A stretch of 64,000 nucleotides of DNA from Acidobacteriota bacterium (lineage in GTDB: Bacteria > Acidobacteriota > UBA6911 > RPQK01 > JAPXNP01). Position numbers and translations under genes: made by a program. The stretch spans positions 2,651-66,650 of the forward strand of contig JARRKC010000014.1 in assembly GCA_037388505.1 (NCBI GenBank). Reading direction: 5' to 3'. Positions 1-9,208 of the stretch are shown piece after piece. Position 1 is the first letter of the stretch; each line of letters starts with the position of its first letter. The notes under the pieces are model-generated. The model was not told the DNA's origin. It ran no database searches and saw nothing but the letters and a program-made list of their open reading frames with translations.

Positions 1-2504
1 CCCAGGCTTCCCCGAGAGGCGCAAATCAGGTCTTCCCGACTGAACTGCATCCCCGAGACCTCCGACATCAACTGGCGGCTGACCAGTGGTCGAAGCTGCA
101 GCAGGTACAGCGTCGGATAGCGCCTGTCTCGCCCGTAAACCCGTGGCTGCCCCCAGTCCCCCAGATCACAGGCGAATTCCACTTCCACACCACAGGCCAG
201 TCCTCGCTCCGTGATCTCCAGAATCTTCGACAGCGTGGTCGCCAGGGCGATGGAGCGGTGCTTGAGAATGTTGTTGAACGTGATCACACGCGGGCCCGAT
301 AACATCAGGTCATCCCGGAACTGCTGATCATCAGCCACCCACACGCTGGCCAGGGCGGTGAGCATCCGGTCTTTCTCGGCGACGTTCAAGTCGAAGTGCC
401 GGAGAGTCGAATACAGATCGGCACGGGTCGACGGAAACTCCTGGTCGAGATCCAGAGCCCAAAATCCCCGCTGCGAATTGTCCAGCAAGGCTTCCGGATT
501 GGCGAACTGCGGCATGACACGTGGATGCCGTGGACTGAAGCGCAGAGCCCTTCCTCCGTCGACCACCTGACGTCCGAGACCGAGCGCGACATGAACGATG
601 CCGTCCTCGGACCTCTGCGGCGAAATCGGGTAGAAATTGTGCGACTGCGCGACGCCTGAGAAGTGAGGGTAGAAGCGGCGATCGGATTGCTGCCCGACCA
701 CCCGCTGGATAATCACCGCCATCTTCTCCTCTTCGACTCGACTGCCCGTCGCCAGCAAATACGCCCGAGCCTTCTGAAAGAACGTGGATGCGTATACCAG
801 CTTGATGGCGCCACACAATTCGCGGAGCCGGTTGTGGGGGTCGGGATCCTGGTTGGGGATCATGAGTGTGGAGTAGATGCCCGCCAACGGTTGATGCATG
901 GAATCCTCGAGCAGACTCGAGGATCGGATGGCCAGAGGAGCATCGAAGCGATCGACCACCAGGCTCAAATGCCCGATCAGCTCCTCGGGTAGTCGGCTGT
1001 GAAGAAAACGTGCCGCAATCTCCGTATCATCCTGGCAGGCATAGGCGAACTCGCGCAGATCGTTTTGGGTCAGGAAATCATCGAACTCGTCGGTCGAAAC
1101 CACAATGGTCTGGGGGACGCGTACCGGCAATTCGTCAAATTCACCTGGATCGAGGTCGGCCAGCATCTGATAGAGAAACGCAATGCCACGGGCCTTTCCG
1201 CCCAGATACCCTCCACCGATCCGAGTGAAGGGTTCGTGCTGAAAATGATCCGGAAGAAAGTCGGAGACGACGCCCCGGTGGATCCTTTCGCGATTCTCGC
1301 GCAGGGTCTCAATCAGGTGGTAGCGGAGTCGCTCCATGGACGGAAAATCCGACACCTTTTTCGGTCTCAGTTCCTCCGCCAGCTCAAATTCACTGCGCGC
1401 CATGAGCCAGATCGAGACGTGGTTGTGGGCAGCGTGGTAATGCAGTAGCTCCTCCGGAATCGTGGCCAGCTTCTGCTCGAGCTCACGCAGGTCCCTGGCC
1501 CGGTCGAACTCACGACCGTCCGGCGTGCGAAAAACGAAGTCCCCGAAACCAAGACTGTAAGAAAGGAACTCGCGGATTTCGGACAACAGGCTGGGCGACG
1601 TTTTGTCCAGGAACTGAGCTCCCAGAGCAATCGCACTGGTGCGATTCTGGCCTTCAGCCGACTGCAGCAACAAGGGCAGTTCAGGATCGTGTCGGCGAGC
1701 AAGTCGGGCAAAATCCAGACCCGCCTCGGGATCCATCCGGCCGTGTCGCGGAATACGGATGTCACAGATGACGGCCAGAATATTCTTCTCGTAGCGCTTG
1801 AACAGCTCTACCCCTTCCTCGTAGGAACGAGCATGCAGGACTTTCGGGCGAGACTGCATGTACATCTTCCGATACAGGTCGCTCAGACCCTCGGAATACA
1901 GGGAAAGGGATTGCCTCATCAGCTCCTTGAACAGGACGCCCAAGAAGGACGAATAGTACAAGGGCGAGTCCTCGATCATGATCATGACCCGAACGTTGCC
2001 GTGACAGACATCATGATCGACATTCAGCCGATCCTCGATCGTCTTGATGACAGCCAGCAGAATTACGAGATCGCCGTTCCACACGAAGAAACCGTCGAGC
2101 ACCTTCGGGTCCACGATATCCGGCACGTGATTGGCCTCACGCCGATCGACCGCCAGGACGGCCACGGGCGGGGCGGCCGGATGAGCCTTGACCCGTCGCG
2201 CGAAGCGATTGACATCAGCGTCGACCAGTCCCGTAACGACCAGGATCAGATCGAACCGGCGCTCCTGGAGAAGTTCGAGTGCCTCTTTGAAGTCGACGGC
2301 GTGAGTAAACCGCGGCGCTGAGGAGAGACTGATCTCCTTGTACTCGAAGAACATCCGCTCACTGAGGTGTCCATCCTCCTGGAGAATGAAGGCGTCGTAG
2401 GGTGAAGAGACGAGCAGAACCTCGTGAACCCGATAAGGGATGAGATCGTTGAACCTTCGGACACTGGCAGCCTGTCGATAACGATACTTGCGGTTCAAAT
2501 CCAT
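1..2504 (-). CDS. Receiver (REC)-like domains fused to a PEP-utilising PPDK_N (pyruvate phosphate dikinase / PEP synthase N-terminal-like) domain; 5' end complete (ATG 2504..2502), C-terminus lies beyond the window start (>=834 aa)
   Basis: Manual minus-strand translation: MDLNRKYRYRQAASVRRFNDLIPYRVHEVLLVSSPYDAFILQEDG... A receiver-like segment KNILAVICDIRIPRHGRMDPEAGLDFARLARRHDPELPLLL has an Asp in acceptor-like position. FTRIGGGYLGGKARGIAFLYQML matches the GGK nucleotide-binding motif of PpsA/PPDK_N. The frame stays open to position 1 (read ...SGMQFSREDLICASPGSL at nt 62-3). Antisense track ORFs 663..992, 999..1448 and 1689..2321 are its shadow. It is absent from the ORF track only because there is no in-window stop. 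Confidence 0.6.
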   Translation of the reverse strand, partial: MDLNRKYRYRQAASVRRFNDLIPYRVHEVLLVSSPYDAFILQEDGHLSERMFFEYKEISLSSAPRFTHAVDFKEALELLQERRFDLILVVTGLVDADVNRFARRVKAHPAAPPVAVLAVDRREANHVPDIVDPKVLDGFFVWNGDLVILLAVIKTIEDRLNVDHDVCHGNVRVMIMIEDSPLYYSSFLGVLFKELMRQSLSLYSEGLSDLYRKMYMQSRPKVLHARSYEEGVELFKRYEKNILAVICDIRIPRHGRMDPEAGLDFARLARRHDPELPLLLQSAEGQNRTSAIALGAQFLDKTSPSLLSEIREFLSYSLGFGDFVFRTPDGREFDRARDLRELEQKLATIPEELLHYHAAHNHVSIWLMARSEFELAEELRPKKVSDFPSMERLRYHLIETLRENRERIHRGVVSDFLPDHFQHEPFTRIGGGYLGGKARGIAFLYQMLADLDPGEFDELPVRVPQTIVVSTDEFDDFLTQNDLREFAYACQDDTEIAARFLHSRLPEELIGHLSLVVDRFDAPLAIRSSSLLEDSMHQPLAGIYSTLMIPNQDPDPHNRLRELCGAIKLVYASTFFQKARAYLLATGSRVEEEKMAVIIQRVVGQQSDRRFYPHFSGVAQSHNFYPISPQRSEDGIVHVALGLGRQVVDGGRALRFSPRHPRVMPQFANPEALLDNSQRGFWALDLDQEFPSTRADLYSTLRHFDLNVAEKDRMLTALASVWVADDQQFRDDLMLSGPRVITFNNILKHRSIALATTLSKILEITERGLACGVEVEFACDLGDWGQPRVYGRDRRYPTLYLLQLRPLVSRQLMSEVSGMQFSREDLICASRGSL

Positions 2505-2572
2505 CCTCAGTGCGCATTCCCCAACCGGGCGGGAACTGCGGACGATCCGGGGGACGCGCCGAGACGCTCCGG

Positions 2573-3940
2573 CTAGATCAACCCCTGATCCAGCATAGCA
2601 TCCGCAACGCGGATGAAGGCGCCCACATTGGCGCCGTCGACGTAGTCAATGAAGTCCCCCCGCGATCCGTGATCGACACAGGTTCGATGGATCTCCTTCA
2701 TGATCAGGTACAACCTTTCGTCGACCTCGCGGCGCGTCCAGTGCAATCGCATCGAATTCTGGGTCATCTCGAGACCGGAGACAGCTACGCCGCCTGCGTT
2801 TGCGGCCTTGCCCGGGGCGAACAGCACATCGTTCTCGCGAAGCCGCTCGATCGCCGCCGGCTCGCACGGCATATTGGCACCTTCCGCCACGCAAAAGCAG
2901 CCGTTGTCGATCAGGTTCTGGGCGTCTTCTTCGTTGAGCTCATTCTCGGTGGCGCACGGCAGAGCGATGTCGCACCCGGCACTCCACGGCCGCTGACCCT
3001 CAAGATAGGACGCACCAGGGTAGATCTGAGTGTATTCGCGGATCCGGCCTCGCCGATGGTTCTTCAAATCTTTGACGTAGTCGAGCTTGTTTCGATCAAT
3101 GCCCTCCTCGTCAAGCACCGCTCCCGAGGAGTCGGAAAGGGACACCACCGTGGCACCCATCTCCAGGGCTTTTTCCGCTGCGAACTGAGCGACGTTGCCG
3201 GAGCCGGAAATAGCCACACGCTTTCCCGCAATCTTCTCTTTTCGCGTCGACAGCATCTCGGAGGCAAAATAGACCACTCCATATCCGGTCGATTCCGGCC
3301 TCATCAGAGAGCCGCCCCAACTCGACCCCTTTCCGGTCAAGACTCCCGTGAAGCGGTTGGCCAGCTTCTTGTAGGTCCCGAACAGAAAGCCGATCTCTCG
3401 GCCGCCGACGCCGATGTCCGTTCCGGGCACGTCCGTATCAGGCCCGATATGTCGGAACAGCTCCATGACGAACGATTGACAGAACCTCATGACTTCGGCA
3501 TCGCTGCGCCCCTTCGGGTCGAAATCGGAACCTCCCTGCGCCGCACCCAGGGGAAGTGTGGTCAGGGCATTCTTGAAGATCTGTTCGAAAGCGATGAACT
3601 TCAGGATGCTCAAGTTGACGTTGGGGTGAAATCGCAATCCGCCCTTAAAGGGACCGAGGGCACTGTTCATCTCGACCCGAAATCCCCGGTTCACGTGAAC
3701 CTCTCCCTCATCGTCCATCCACGGCACGCGGAAAATGATGACCCGTTCCGGCTCGACGATCCTTTCCAGGATCTTCCCGCTCCGATAGCGTGGATTCGCT
3801 TCGATGACGGGATAGATCGAGTCGACGACCTCGTGAACCGCCTGGTGGAATTCGTTCTCACCGGGATTCTTCGCTTTCACCTGATTCATGAACTCTGTCA
3901 CAGAACCGTTCATCAAATTCTCCTCAACTTCGAGGTTCAA
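2573..3940 (-). CDS. gdhA: NADP-specific glutamate dehydrogenase
   Basis: 455 aa; full-length match to Glu/Leu/Phe/Val dehydrogenase family (…GGLRFHPNVNLSILKFIAFEQIFKNALT…, GGSDFDPKGRSD, C-terminal NAD(P) domain). Confidence 0.9.
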   Translation of the reverse strand: MNLEVEENLMNGSVTEFMNQVKAKNPGENEFHQAVHEVVDSIYPVIEANPRYRSGKILERIVEPERVIIFRVPWMDDEGEVHVNRGFRVEMNSALGPFKGGLRFHPNVNLSILKFIAFEQIFKNALTTLPLGAAQGGSDFDPKGRSDAEVMRFCQSFVMELFRHIGPDTDVPGTDIGVGGREIGFLFGTYKKLANRFTGVLTGKGSSWGGSLMRPESTGYGVVYFASEMLSTRKEKIAGKRVAISGSGNVAQFAAEKALEMGATVVSLSDSSGAVLDEEGIDRNKLDYVKDLKNHRRGRIREYTQIYPGASYLEGQRPWSAGCDIALPCATENELNEEDAQNLIDNGCFCVAEGANMPCEPAAIERLRENDVLFAPGKAANAGGVAVSGLEMTQNSMRLHWTRREVDERLYLIMKEIHRTCVDHGSRGDFIDYVDGANVGAFIRVADAMLDQGLI

Positions 3941-4089
3941 TTCCGGAGAACGCCAGGAAGCCCCGCGGACCCGTCTCGCCGCCGCCTGCGTCGGGCGTAG
4001 ACCGCAGCCTCAGGGCTCGGTCTACGAGAGTATACCGGGACCGGTCTCCCGGTGAAACGGACCGAGCATGCCGGGGAGTGAGACGCCGC

Positions 4090-4380
4090 TCATCCCCCGT
4101 GGCGACGGTGGCTCGTCAGCTGTTCGAGCATGTACATCTCGAATGCTTCCGGCGCTTCGGCGAGTTCGCAAACTCTGTCCCAACTCAGCTCCAAGCTCAT
4201 CGGTCGGATCCGGTCATGGGCGATCGCGATCCGAAGGTTACCCTCATCAGCCTTCAGACTCACCTCGGCGTCGGCACCAAGATGGAAGAAGACGAAGAAA
4301 TCCAGCTGCTCCCGCAACCGTTCCAGGGCGGGCCCGACGCCGTCCGGAGCCTGATCACTCCCGGTGAACCTTTCCACCAC
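4090..4380 (-). CDS. hypothetical small protein (GTG start), doubtful
   Basis: 96-aa ORF in the co-directional gdhA / AhpD-like gene string, with a downstream hairpin (ccggga..tcccgg near 4040-4062). It is exactly codon-aligned antisense to track ORF 4078..4401, so only one of the two can be real. No recognised domain. Confidence 0.2.
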   Translation of the reverse strand: MVERFTGSDQAPDGVGPALERLREQLDFFVFFHLGADAEVSLKADEGNLRIAIAHDRIRPMSLELSWDRVCELAEAPEAFEMYMLEQLTSHRRHGG

Positions 4381-4551
4381 CGCTCCAATCTTAAGCTATG
4401 ACCCAAGCGGTCTCTCTCGAGCCCCGGACTGTGCTCCTCCCCAGGCCCCGGGGCTCTCACTCTCCTGCCGGGAAAACACCAGTGCCGGAATGTCGCGGGG
4501 GCGCGCCGAAAGGGCCGGTGAGACGGGACACGGGATCGGGCGGGAAATCGC

Positions 4552-4887
4552 TCAGTCAAAGAGCTGCAGCTGCATGATCTCGGAGATGATATCGGTCTGA
4601 TCCACGACCGACGCTGCCGCAACCCCCATGGTGATCGAGATCGTCTCGCTGATCTCCTCGCGCGTCGCCCCGTACTGTATGGCCTTCTCAATATGACCTT
4701 TCAAACAACCCTGACATTTGAATCCGAGTGATGCGGCGATCGCAATCAGTTCCTTGTTCTTCCGGTCGATCCGAGAAGTCTTGTACGTTTCCTTATAGAA
4801 ATTGAAGTAGATTCGGCGCATGCGCTGCTCGACCATCGAGTACGAGGGCCACTTTTCGCCATCCACCTTCTTGCTCTCTTCGGCCAT
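4552..4887 (-). CDS. carboxymuconolactone decarboxylase family protein (AhpD-like alkylhydroperoxidase core, CxxC)
   Basis: Internal Met of track ORF 4552..5106 (MAEESKKVDGEKWPSYSMVEQRM...). 111 aa with the AhpD-like motif LGFKCQGCLKGH. The upstream part of the track ORF is Arg-rich junk. Confidence 0.7.
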   Translation of the reverse strand: MAEESKKVDGEKWPSYSMVEQRMRRIYFNFYKETYKTSRIDRKNKELIAIAASLGFKCQGCLKGHIEKAIQYGATREEISETISITMGVAAASVVDQTDIISEIMQLQLFD

Positions 4888-5134
4888 GAAGTATTGCTCC
4901 CCAAGAGGTTGCAGTTGTCCACAAAGTATAACAACAATTCGCAGCCGCAGTCGGAAAGCGGCTGGCGTAGGGCGAATTCGAGCCCGTTCCTGGTTCCGAT
5001 CTCGGCGTATCACCGAAATCCGTTTGGAGCCCGCCCCCCGGGCCCTGATACTCCTCCGTCGAGATTCACAGAACCGATTTCGCGCAAAGACGCCACGGAC
5101 GCCCAAGGCTCCAAAACAAAGAGACTCTCTGCGT

Positions 5135-5252
5135 CCTTTGCGCCTTTGCGCGAGATCGAGTTGCCGACGTTTCGCGACTGTCGAGCCTCAGACCAAATCG
5201 GGGCTGAGGCCATTTGGGCGACGTGCCCTCGGAGTTCCGAGTCGCCGAATCC
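5135..5252. repeat. Copy 1 of a ~115-bp dispersed intergenic element (core TTTGCGCGAGRTCGAGTYGCCGA ... CCAAATYSGGGCTGAGRCCATTTGGGCRAC); ends with a GAGTTCCGA unit
   Basis: Aligns with 28039..28150 (two conserved blocks of ~22 and ~30 bp around a divergent 25-bp centre). Sits in the divergent AhpD-like/lptD promoter region. Confidence 0.55.
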
Positions 5253-5317
5253 CGATATGCACCTGACCGAAACTCCGGCCTTCAGCTTCCAACACTCCGG
5301 ACCGACTTGCTATCTTA

Positions 5318-7555
5318 TTGCGGATGCAGGAAAGGGACAGGCCGGATCCGGGGAACCATCCGGCGCTTTGGCGCCTGACGGCTCTTGCTGTCGTGCTCGT
5401 CTTTTCGATCATGGTCCTGTTTCAGCCCCTTCTCGCTCAGGAACGACCCCGAGTCGAGTACCCCTATGGCCAAGAGAAGTTCGTACTGACGGCTGATCGG
5501 ATCGAGAGTCTGGCATCGGGGAAGATCGTCGCGGAGGGCAACGTCGAGGCGACCTATGCCGATTCACGGCTGACGGCCCCCAAGATTACCTTCAATCCCG
5601 AGACCGACCTGGCGGTCGTGGATGGACCACTCGAACTGACCCGGGGCCACAGCTGGCTTCGGGCCAAGCGCGCCGAGATCCACGTCAAAGCAGAAACCGG
5701 TGTTCTCTTCGATGTGTACGGTTTCACCGACGAACAACTCTTCGTTCGAGTCAAGAAGCTCATCAAGACCGGACCGCGTACGTACATCGCCGAGGACGGA
5801 TATCTGACCTCCTGCGAAGGAGCCATCCCGAAATGGAGTTTCCGCATCCAGAAGGCCACGATCAATCTGGACAGCATGGCCCATCTTCGGAACACCCTGT
5901 TTCGCGTCAAGAACATACCGCTGTTCTACTTTCCCTATCTGTTGGTTCCTACCGAGAAGAAGGAGCGCTCCACCGGATTTCTGCTTCCCACCGTCGGATC
6001 CTCGAGCAACAAAGGGCGGCGACTGACCAATCGCTTCTACGTCGTGCTTGGAAGGAGCGCGGATGTCGAACTGGACCAGGACTACTACTCGAAGCGTGGT
6101 TACGGCAGCAGCTTCACCTTCCGCGCTCGTCCGAACGAGGTCAGTCGGCTGGATCTAACGGGTAAGATCGTCGATGACCGGCTGGGCCAGGGCGGCTCCT
6201 CTCTCGAGGGAGTCGGCTACACGCGGTTCGGCGACGGGTTCCGGGCGGTCGCCGATTTCAGTCTGGTTTCCAACTTTCGGTTTCGGCAAACCTTTGCAGA
6301 GAGCTTCTTCACGGCCACACGTCCCACCGAAGCGTCTCATCTCTTCTTGACGAACAACTCCGGAATGCGTTCGTTCAATATCGATATCTCGCGCGAAGAG
6401 ACCCTCGCCACGCGACGCAACATCGTCACTCAGGCCACTCCCTCCATCCAATTCCGACTGCTTGGTCAGCGCATCGGCACGTCGCCTCTTTTCGTGGATC
6501 TCGAGAGTTCAGTCGGGGCGATGAGCCGTTCCGACGCTTTGATCGAGACGCCCCAGGTCACCCAGCGACTCGACCTGTTCCCGCGAGTCTACTTCTCCCT
6601 GCCCCTCTTTCAGGGGCTACGCGTGACCCCCAGCCTGGGCGTCCGGGAGACTTACTACAGCAACAGTTTGTCTTCTGGAGGCGCGGAAGAGGCCGTGACA
6701 GGTGAAAGTCTTCAGCGGCAGTATGCCGACTTCTCCCTGGAACTGAACGGTTGGGGCCTGTCGCGGATCTTCGGGAAACCAGGGGGGCGCCAGTGGAAGC
6801 ACCTGATCGAACCCGAGGTGAATTTCCGCTGGATAACGGGGATCGACAACTTCCATGACATCATCCGGTACGACGCTCAGGATGCCATCGCCGACACCCG
6901 CCAGGTGGAGTTCTCCCTGGTCAACCGGTTCTTCGTTCGAGACTCCGAGGAGGGATACGGCAGGGAATGGCTCTCCGTTCGGATCGGCCAACTCTACTTC
7001 TTCGAGCCGACGATGGGAGGAGCCCTCGTCGATGGAGAGGTCAATCAATTCTTTCCGCTCGACGCTTTGACCGGCCTGCCTTACGCCATCGGCCCTAGAG
7101 ACTTCTCGCCCGTTACGACGGTCGTCCGGTTCACACCCGATCCGAGAGCCAGTTTCGACGTACGAGCCGACTATGACCCTGGCAATGGGGATTTCAGAAG
7201 CTTGTCCGCCACGGGCTTCTGGCGCCGGGGTTCGTTCACGGCGGCAACCACTTATTTCCTGACAGAACCGCTCACAGATCAGATTGGTCGAAGTCACCAG
7301 ATCCAGGGTCGTGTGAGCGTTGGACGTCTGGATCGCGGTCTTTCCGGGCTCGGTCACTTCAGCTACGATGCCGTGAGTTCCCGGCTGCTGAACTATCTCG
7401 CTCGTGTCAACTACTTCTGGAATTGCTGTGGAGTATCGGTCGAGGTTGGAGGCTTCAACCTGACGACCCGTCAGGAACGCCAGGTCCGGTTTTCCTTCTT
7501 CCTGAAAGGCATCGGCAGTTTCGGAAATATCCGTCGTCCTGACATGGTGTTCTGA
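5318..7555 (+). CDS. lptD: LPS-assembly outer-membrane protein LptD (OstA/Imp)
   Basis: 745 aa; signal peptide (LTALAVVLVFSIMVLFQPLLAQ). N-terminal OstA-like domain (KITFNPETDLAVVDGPLELTRGHSWLRAKRAEIHV) followed by a long aromatic-rich beta-barrel region. TTG start in track; alternative Met 94 nt downstream. Confidence 0.75.
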   Translation: MRMQERDRPDPGNHPALWRLTALAVVLVFSIMVLFQPLLAQERPRVEYPYGQEKFVLTADRIESLASGKIVAEGNVEATYADSRLTAPKITFNPETDLAVVDGPLELTRGHSWLRAKRAEIHVKAETGVLFDVYGFTDEQLFVRVKKLIKTGPRTYIAEDGYLTSCEGAIPKWSFRIQKATINLDSMAHLRNTLFRVKNIPLFYFPYLLVPTEKKERSTGFLLPTVGSSSNKGRRLTNRFYVVLGRSADVELDQDYYSKRGYGSSFTFRARPNEVSRLDLTGKIVDDRLGQGGSSLEGVGYTRFGDGFRAVADFSLVSNFRFRQTFAESFFTATRPTEASHLFLTNNSGMRSFNIDISREETLATRRNIVTQATPSIQFRLLGQRIGTSPLFVDLESSVGAMSRSDALIETPQVTQRLDLFPRVYFSLPLFQGLRVTPSLGVRETYYSNSLSSGGAEEAVTGESLQRQYADFSLELNGWGLSRIFGKPGGRQWKHLIEPEVNFRWITGIDNFHDIIRYDAQDAIADTRQVEFSLVNRFFVRDSEEGYGREWLSVRIGQLYFFEPTMGGALVDGEVNQFFPLDALTGLPYAIGPRDFSPVTTVVRFTPDPRASFDVRADYDPGNGDFRSLSATGFWRRGSFTAATTYFLTEPLTDQIGRSHQIQGRVSVGRLDRGLSGLGHFSYDAVSSRLLNYLARVNYFWNCCGVSVEVGGFNLTTRQERQVRFSFFLKGIGSFGNIRRPDMVF

Positions 7556-8076
7556 TGGAGAGAGTTCCCAGCGTCCCTCCCTTGCTGCCGGTCTATCTCT
7601 CTCTGGGGTCCAACCAGGGTGATCGTCGAGAATTCCTGGCCCGCGCCCTGTCGAGGCTCGAACTGGACGGGAACCGCATCGTTGACTGCTCCTCCGTCTA
7701 CGAAACTGAGCCTGTCGATCTCGTCGATCAGCCCTCATTCTTCAACCTGGCTTGTGCCCTTGGATCCCCGTTCGGCCCGGGGAGCCTGTTGCGCCGATGT
7801 CAGCTCATCGAGACCGACTTGGGAAGACGGCGCTCGATCCCGAAGGGGCCGCGTGTGATCGATATCGATCTTCTCTTCTTTGCTGATCGGCTGGTCGACA
7901 CTCCCGAACTGAAGATCCCGCACCCGAGTTTTCAGAATAGACGGTTCGTGCTGGTTCCGCTGACCGAGATCGCTCCGGAGCTTCGAGATCCGCGGACGGG
8001 CGACACCATGCGGGTTCTCCTCGAGCGTTGTCCAGATCACTCCTGGATCCGTCGAGTAGGGGAGATCAGCTGGTAG
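7555..8076 (+). CDS. folK: 2-amino-4-hydroxy-6-hydroxymethyldihydropteridine pyrophosphokinase (HPPK)
   Basis: 173 aa; YLSLGSNQGDR..YETEP..GPRVIDIDLL motifs. Start overlaps the lptD stop, implying translational coupling. Confidence 0.85.
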   Translation: MERVPSVPPLLPVYLSLGSNQGDRREFLARALSRLELDGNRIVDCSSVYETEPVDLVDQPSFFNLACALGSPFGPGSLLRRCQLIETDLGRRRSIPKGPRVIDIDLLFFADRLVDTPELKIPHPSFQNRRFVLVPLTEIAPELRDPRTGDTMRVLLERCPDHSWIRRVGEISW

Positions 8077-8270
8077 TTCTCATGGGCTGCCGGGGTTCCG
8101 GGATTCCGGGGTTTCGCGGTTGCGGATTCGCGGGCTGGTCCCCTTCTGCCCACCGCGTCCCCTCCGTCCCCCAAGTCCAAGAAGTGGCACCTGTCAAACA
8201 GGTCAAACAAGTCGAATCGGTCGGAAGTATCAGCCCGCCGCGAACACAATCCTAGCCGGCTCCCAGCTCC

Positions 8271-8350
8271 GGTTCTCCCGTCCTCCGGTTCTCCCGTCCT
8301 CCGGTTCTCCCGTCCTCCGGTTCTCTCGTCCTCCGGTTCTCTCGTCCTCT
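8271..8350. repeat. Perfect tandem array, 5 x 16 bp (GGTTCTCCCGTCCTCC; reverse complement GGAGGACGGGAGAACC), last two units with C>T variant
   Basis: Read directly. Preceded (8092..8270) by ~180 bp of degenerate 8-9-bp periodic units (GGTTCCGG / GATTCCGG / GGTTTCGCGG / GTCAAACAG ...). Track ORFs 8037..8360(-) and 8120..8380(+) are just translations of the repeat. Confidence 0.85.
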
Positions 8351-8467
8351 CCCGCTCCAACGCAGCTGCAAATACGATAACCGCCGAAGAGCGAAGGGCG
8401 AACCTAATCCGTACGGGCCCGCAGGGTTGAGGTTGGGCTTACTCAAGTCCTATACTCTTGAGGACTT

Positions 8468-9208
8468 ATGCCAAAGAATGAACGGCCTCCCCAAGAGGAG
8501 CCGGAGACACAGCAATACAGTACGCTCCGCGAGTATTTCGTGGCGACGGTCTACTGTACGATCATCGCGCTGTTCGTGACGACGTACCTGGTCCATCCGA
8601 TGACCGTACCCACGCCTTCGATGGAGCCCACCATCCTGGTAGGCGATCGTCTCCTGATCGACAAATTTACCTATCGGAACGGCTTCACACCGCATCTGAG
8701 CTTTACTCCCGTTCGCCAGGTCCAACGGGGGGACATCGTGGTCTTCAAGTTTCCGGAAGATCCTGAAGTCCTTTACGTCAAACGGGCCATCGGGCTGCCG
8801 GGTGAGACGCTCGAAGTCCGGAACAAGATCGTGTTCATCAACGGCAAAGCGCTCAATGAGCCGTACGCGGTCTTCCTGGACCCTCACATCGACCATCGAC
8901 CGATCAACAACCCCGAATTCCCTTCGATGAATGCTCAACGGGACAACTTCGGCCCGGTGGTCGTTCCGCCGGACAGTTACTTCATGATGGGGGACAACCG
9001 CGACGACAGTGCCGACAGCCGGTATTTCGGCTTCCTCCCGAAGGACTATATCGTCGGCCGACCGCTGATCGTGTTCTGGTCCTACGAGGACAGCAAGAAT
9101 GCCTATCTGCAGACCTCGTTTCCACAAATGCTCAAGCTCTACGGCGAGCGCCTCTTGTTTTTCTTCACGAGGACCCGGTGGAGCCGTATGGGTCACTTCG
9201 TCAGGTAG
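8468..9208 (+). CDS. lepB: signal peptidase I
   Basis: 246 aa; N-terminal TM segment. S26 motifs SMEPTI (Ser box), GDNRDDSADSRYFG, KRAIGLPGE. Confidence 0.85.
   Translation: MPKNERPPQEEPETQQYSTLREYFVATVYCTIIALFVTTYLVHPMTVPTPSMEPTILVGDRLLIDKFTYRNGFTPHLSFTPVRQVQRGDIVVFKFPEDPEVLYVKRAIGLPGETLEVRNKIVFINGKALNEPYAVFLDPHIDHRPINNPEFPSMNAQRDNFGPVVVPPDSYFMMGDNRDDSADSRYFGFLPKDYIVGRPLIVFWSYEDSKNAYLQTSFPQMLKLYGERLLFFFTRTRWSRMGHFVR

Noticed and set aside
331-816. 161-aa minus ORF and other short ORFs in 300..2500
   Set aside because: Out-of-frame overlaps of the long receiver-PPDK_N gene. Arg/Gly-rich composition.
2510-4000. 496-aa plus-strand ORF
   Set aside because: Antisense shadow of gdhA (2573..3940, minus), which is an unmistakable full-length glutamate dehydrogenase. 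The plus ORF is Arg/Gly-rich with a GTG start and no domain.
8271-8350. Possible CRISPR array
   Set aside because: The repeats are directly abutting with no spacers, and the units are 16 bp. No cas genes are present in the window.
8037-8380. Track ORFs 8037..8360(-) and 8120..8380(+) with RTGEPEDGR and PPVLPSSGS repeats
   Set aside because: They are translations of the 16-bp tandem array. The peptide repeats mirror the DNA repeats, and there is no start context.
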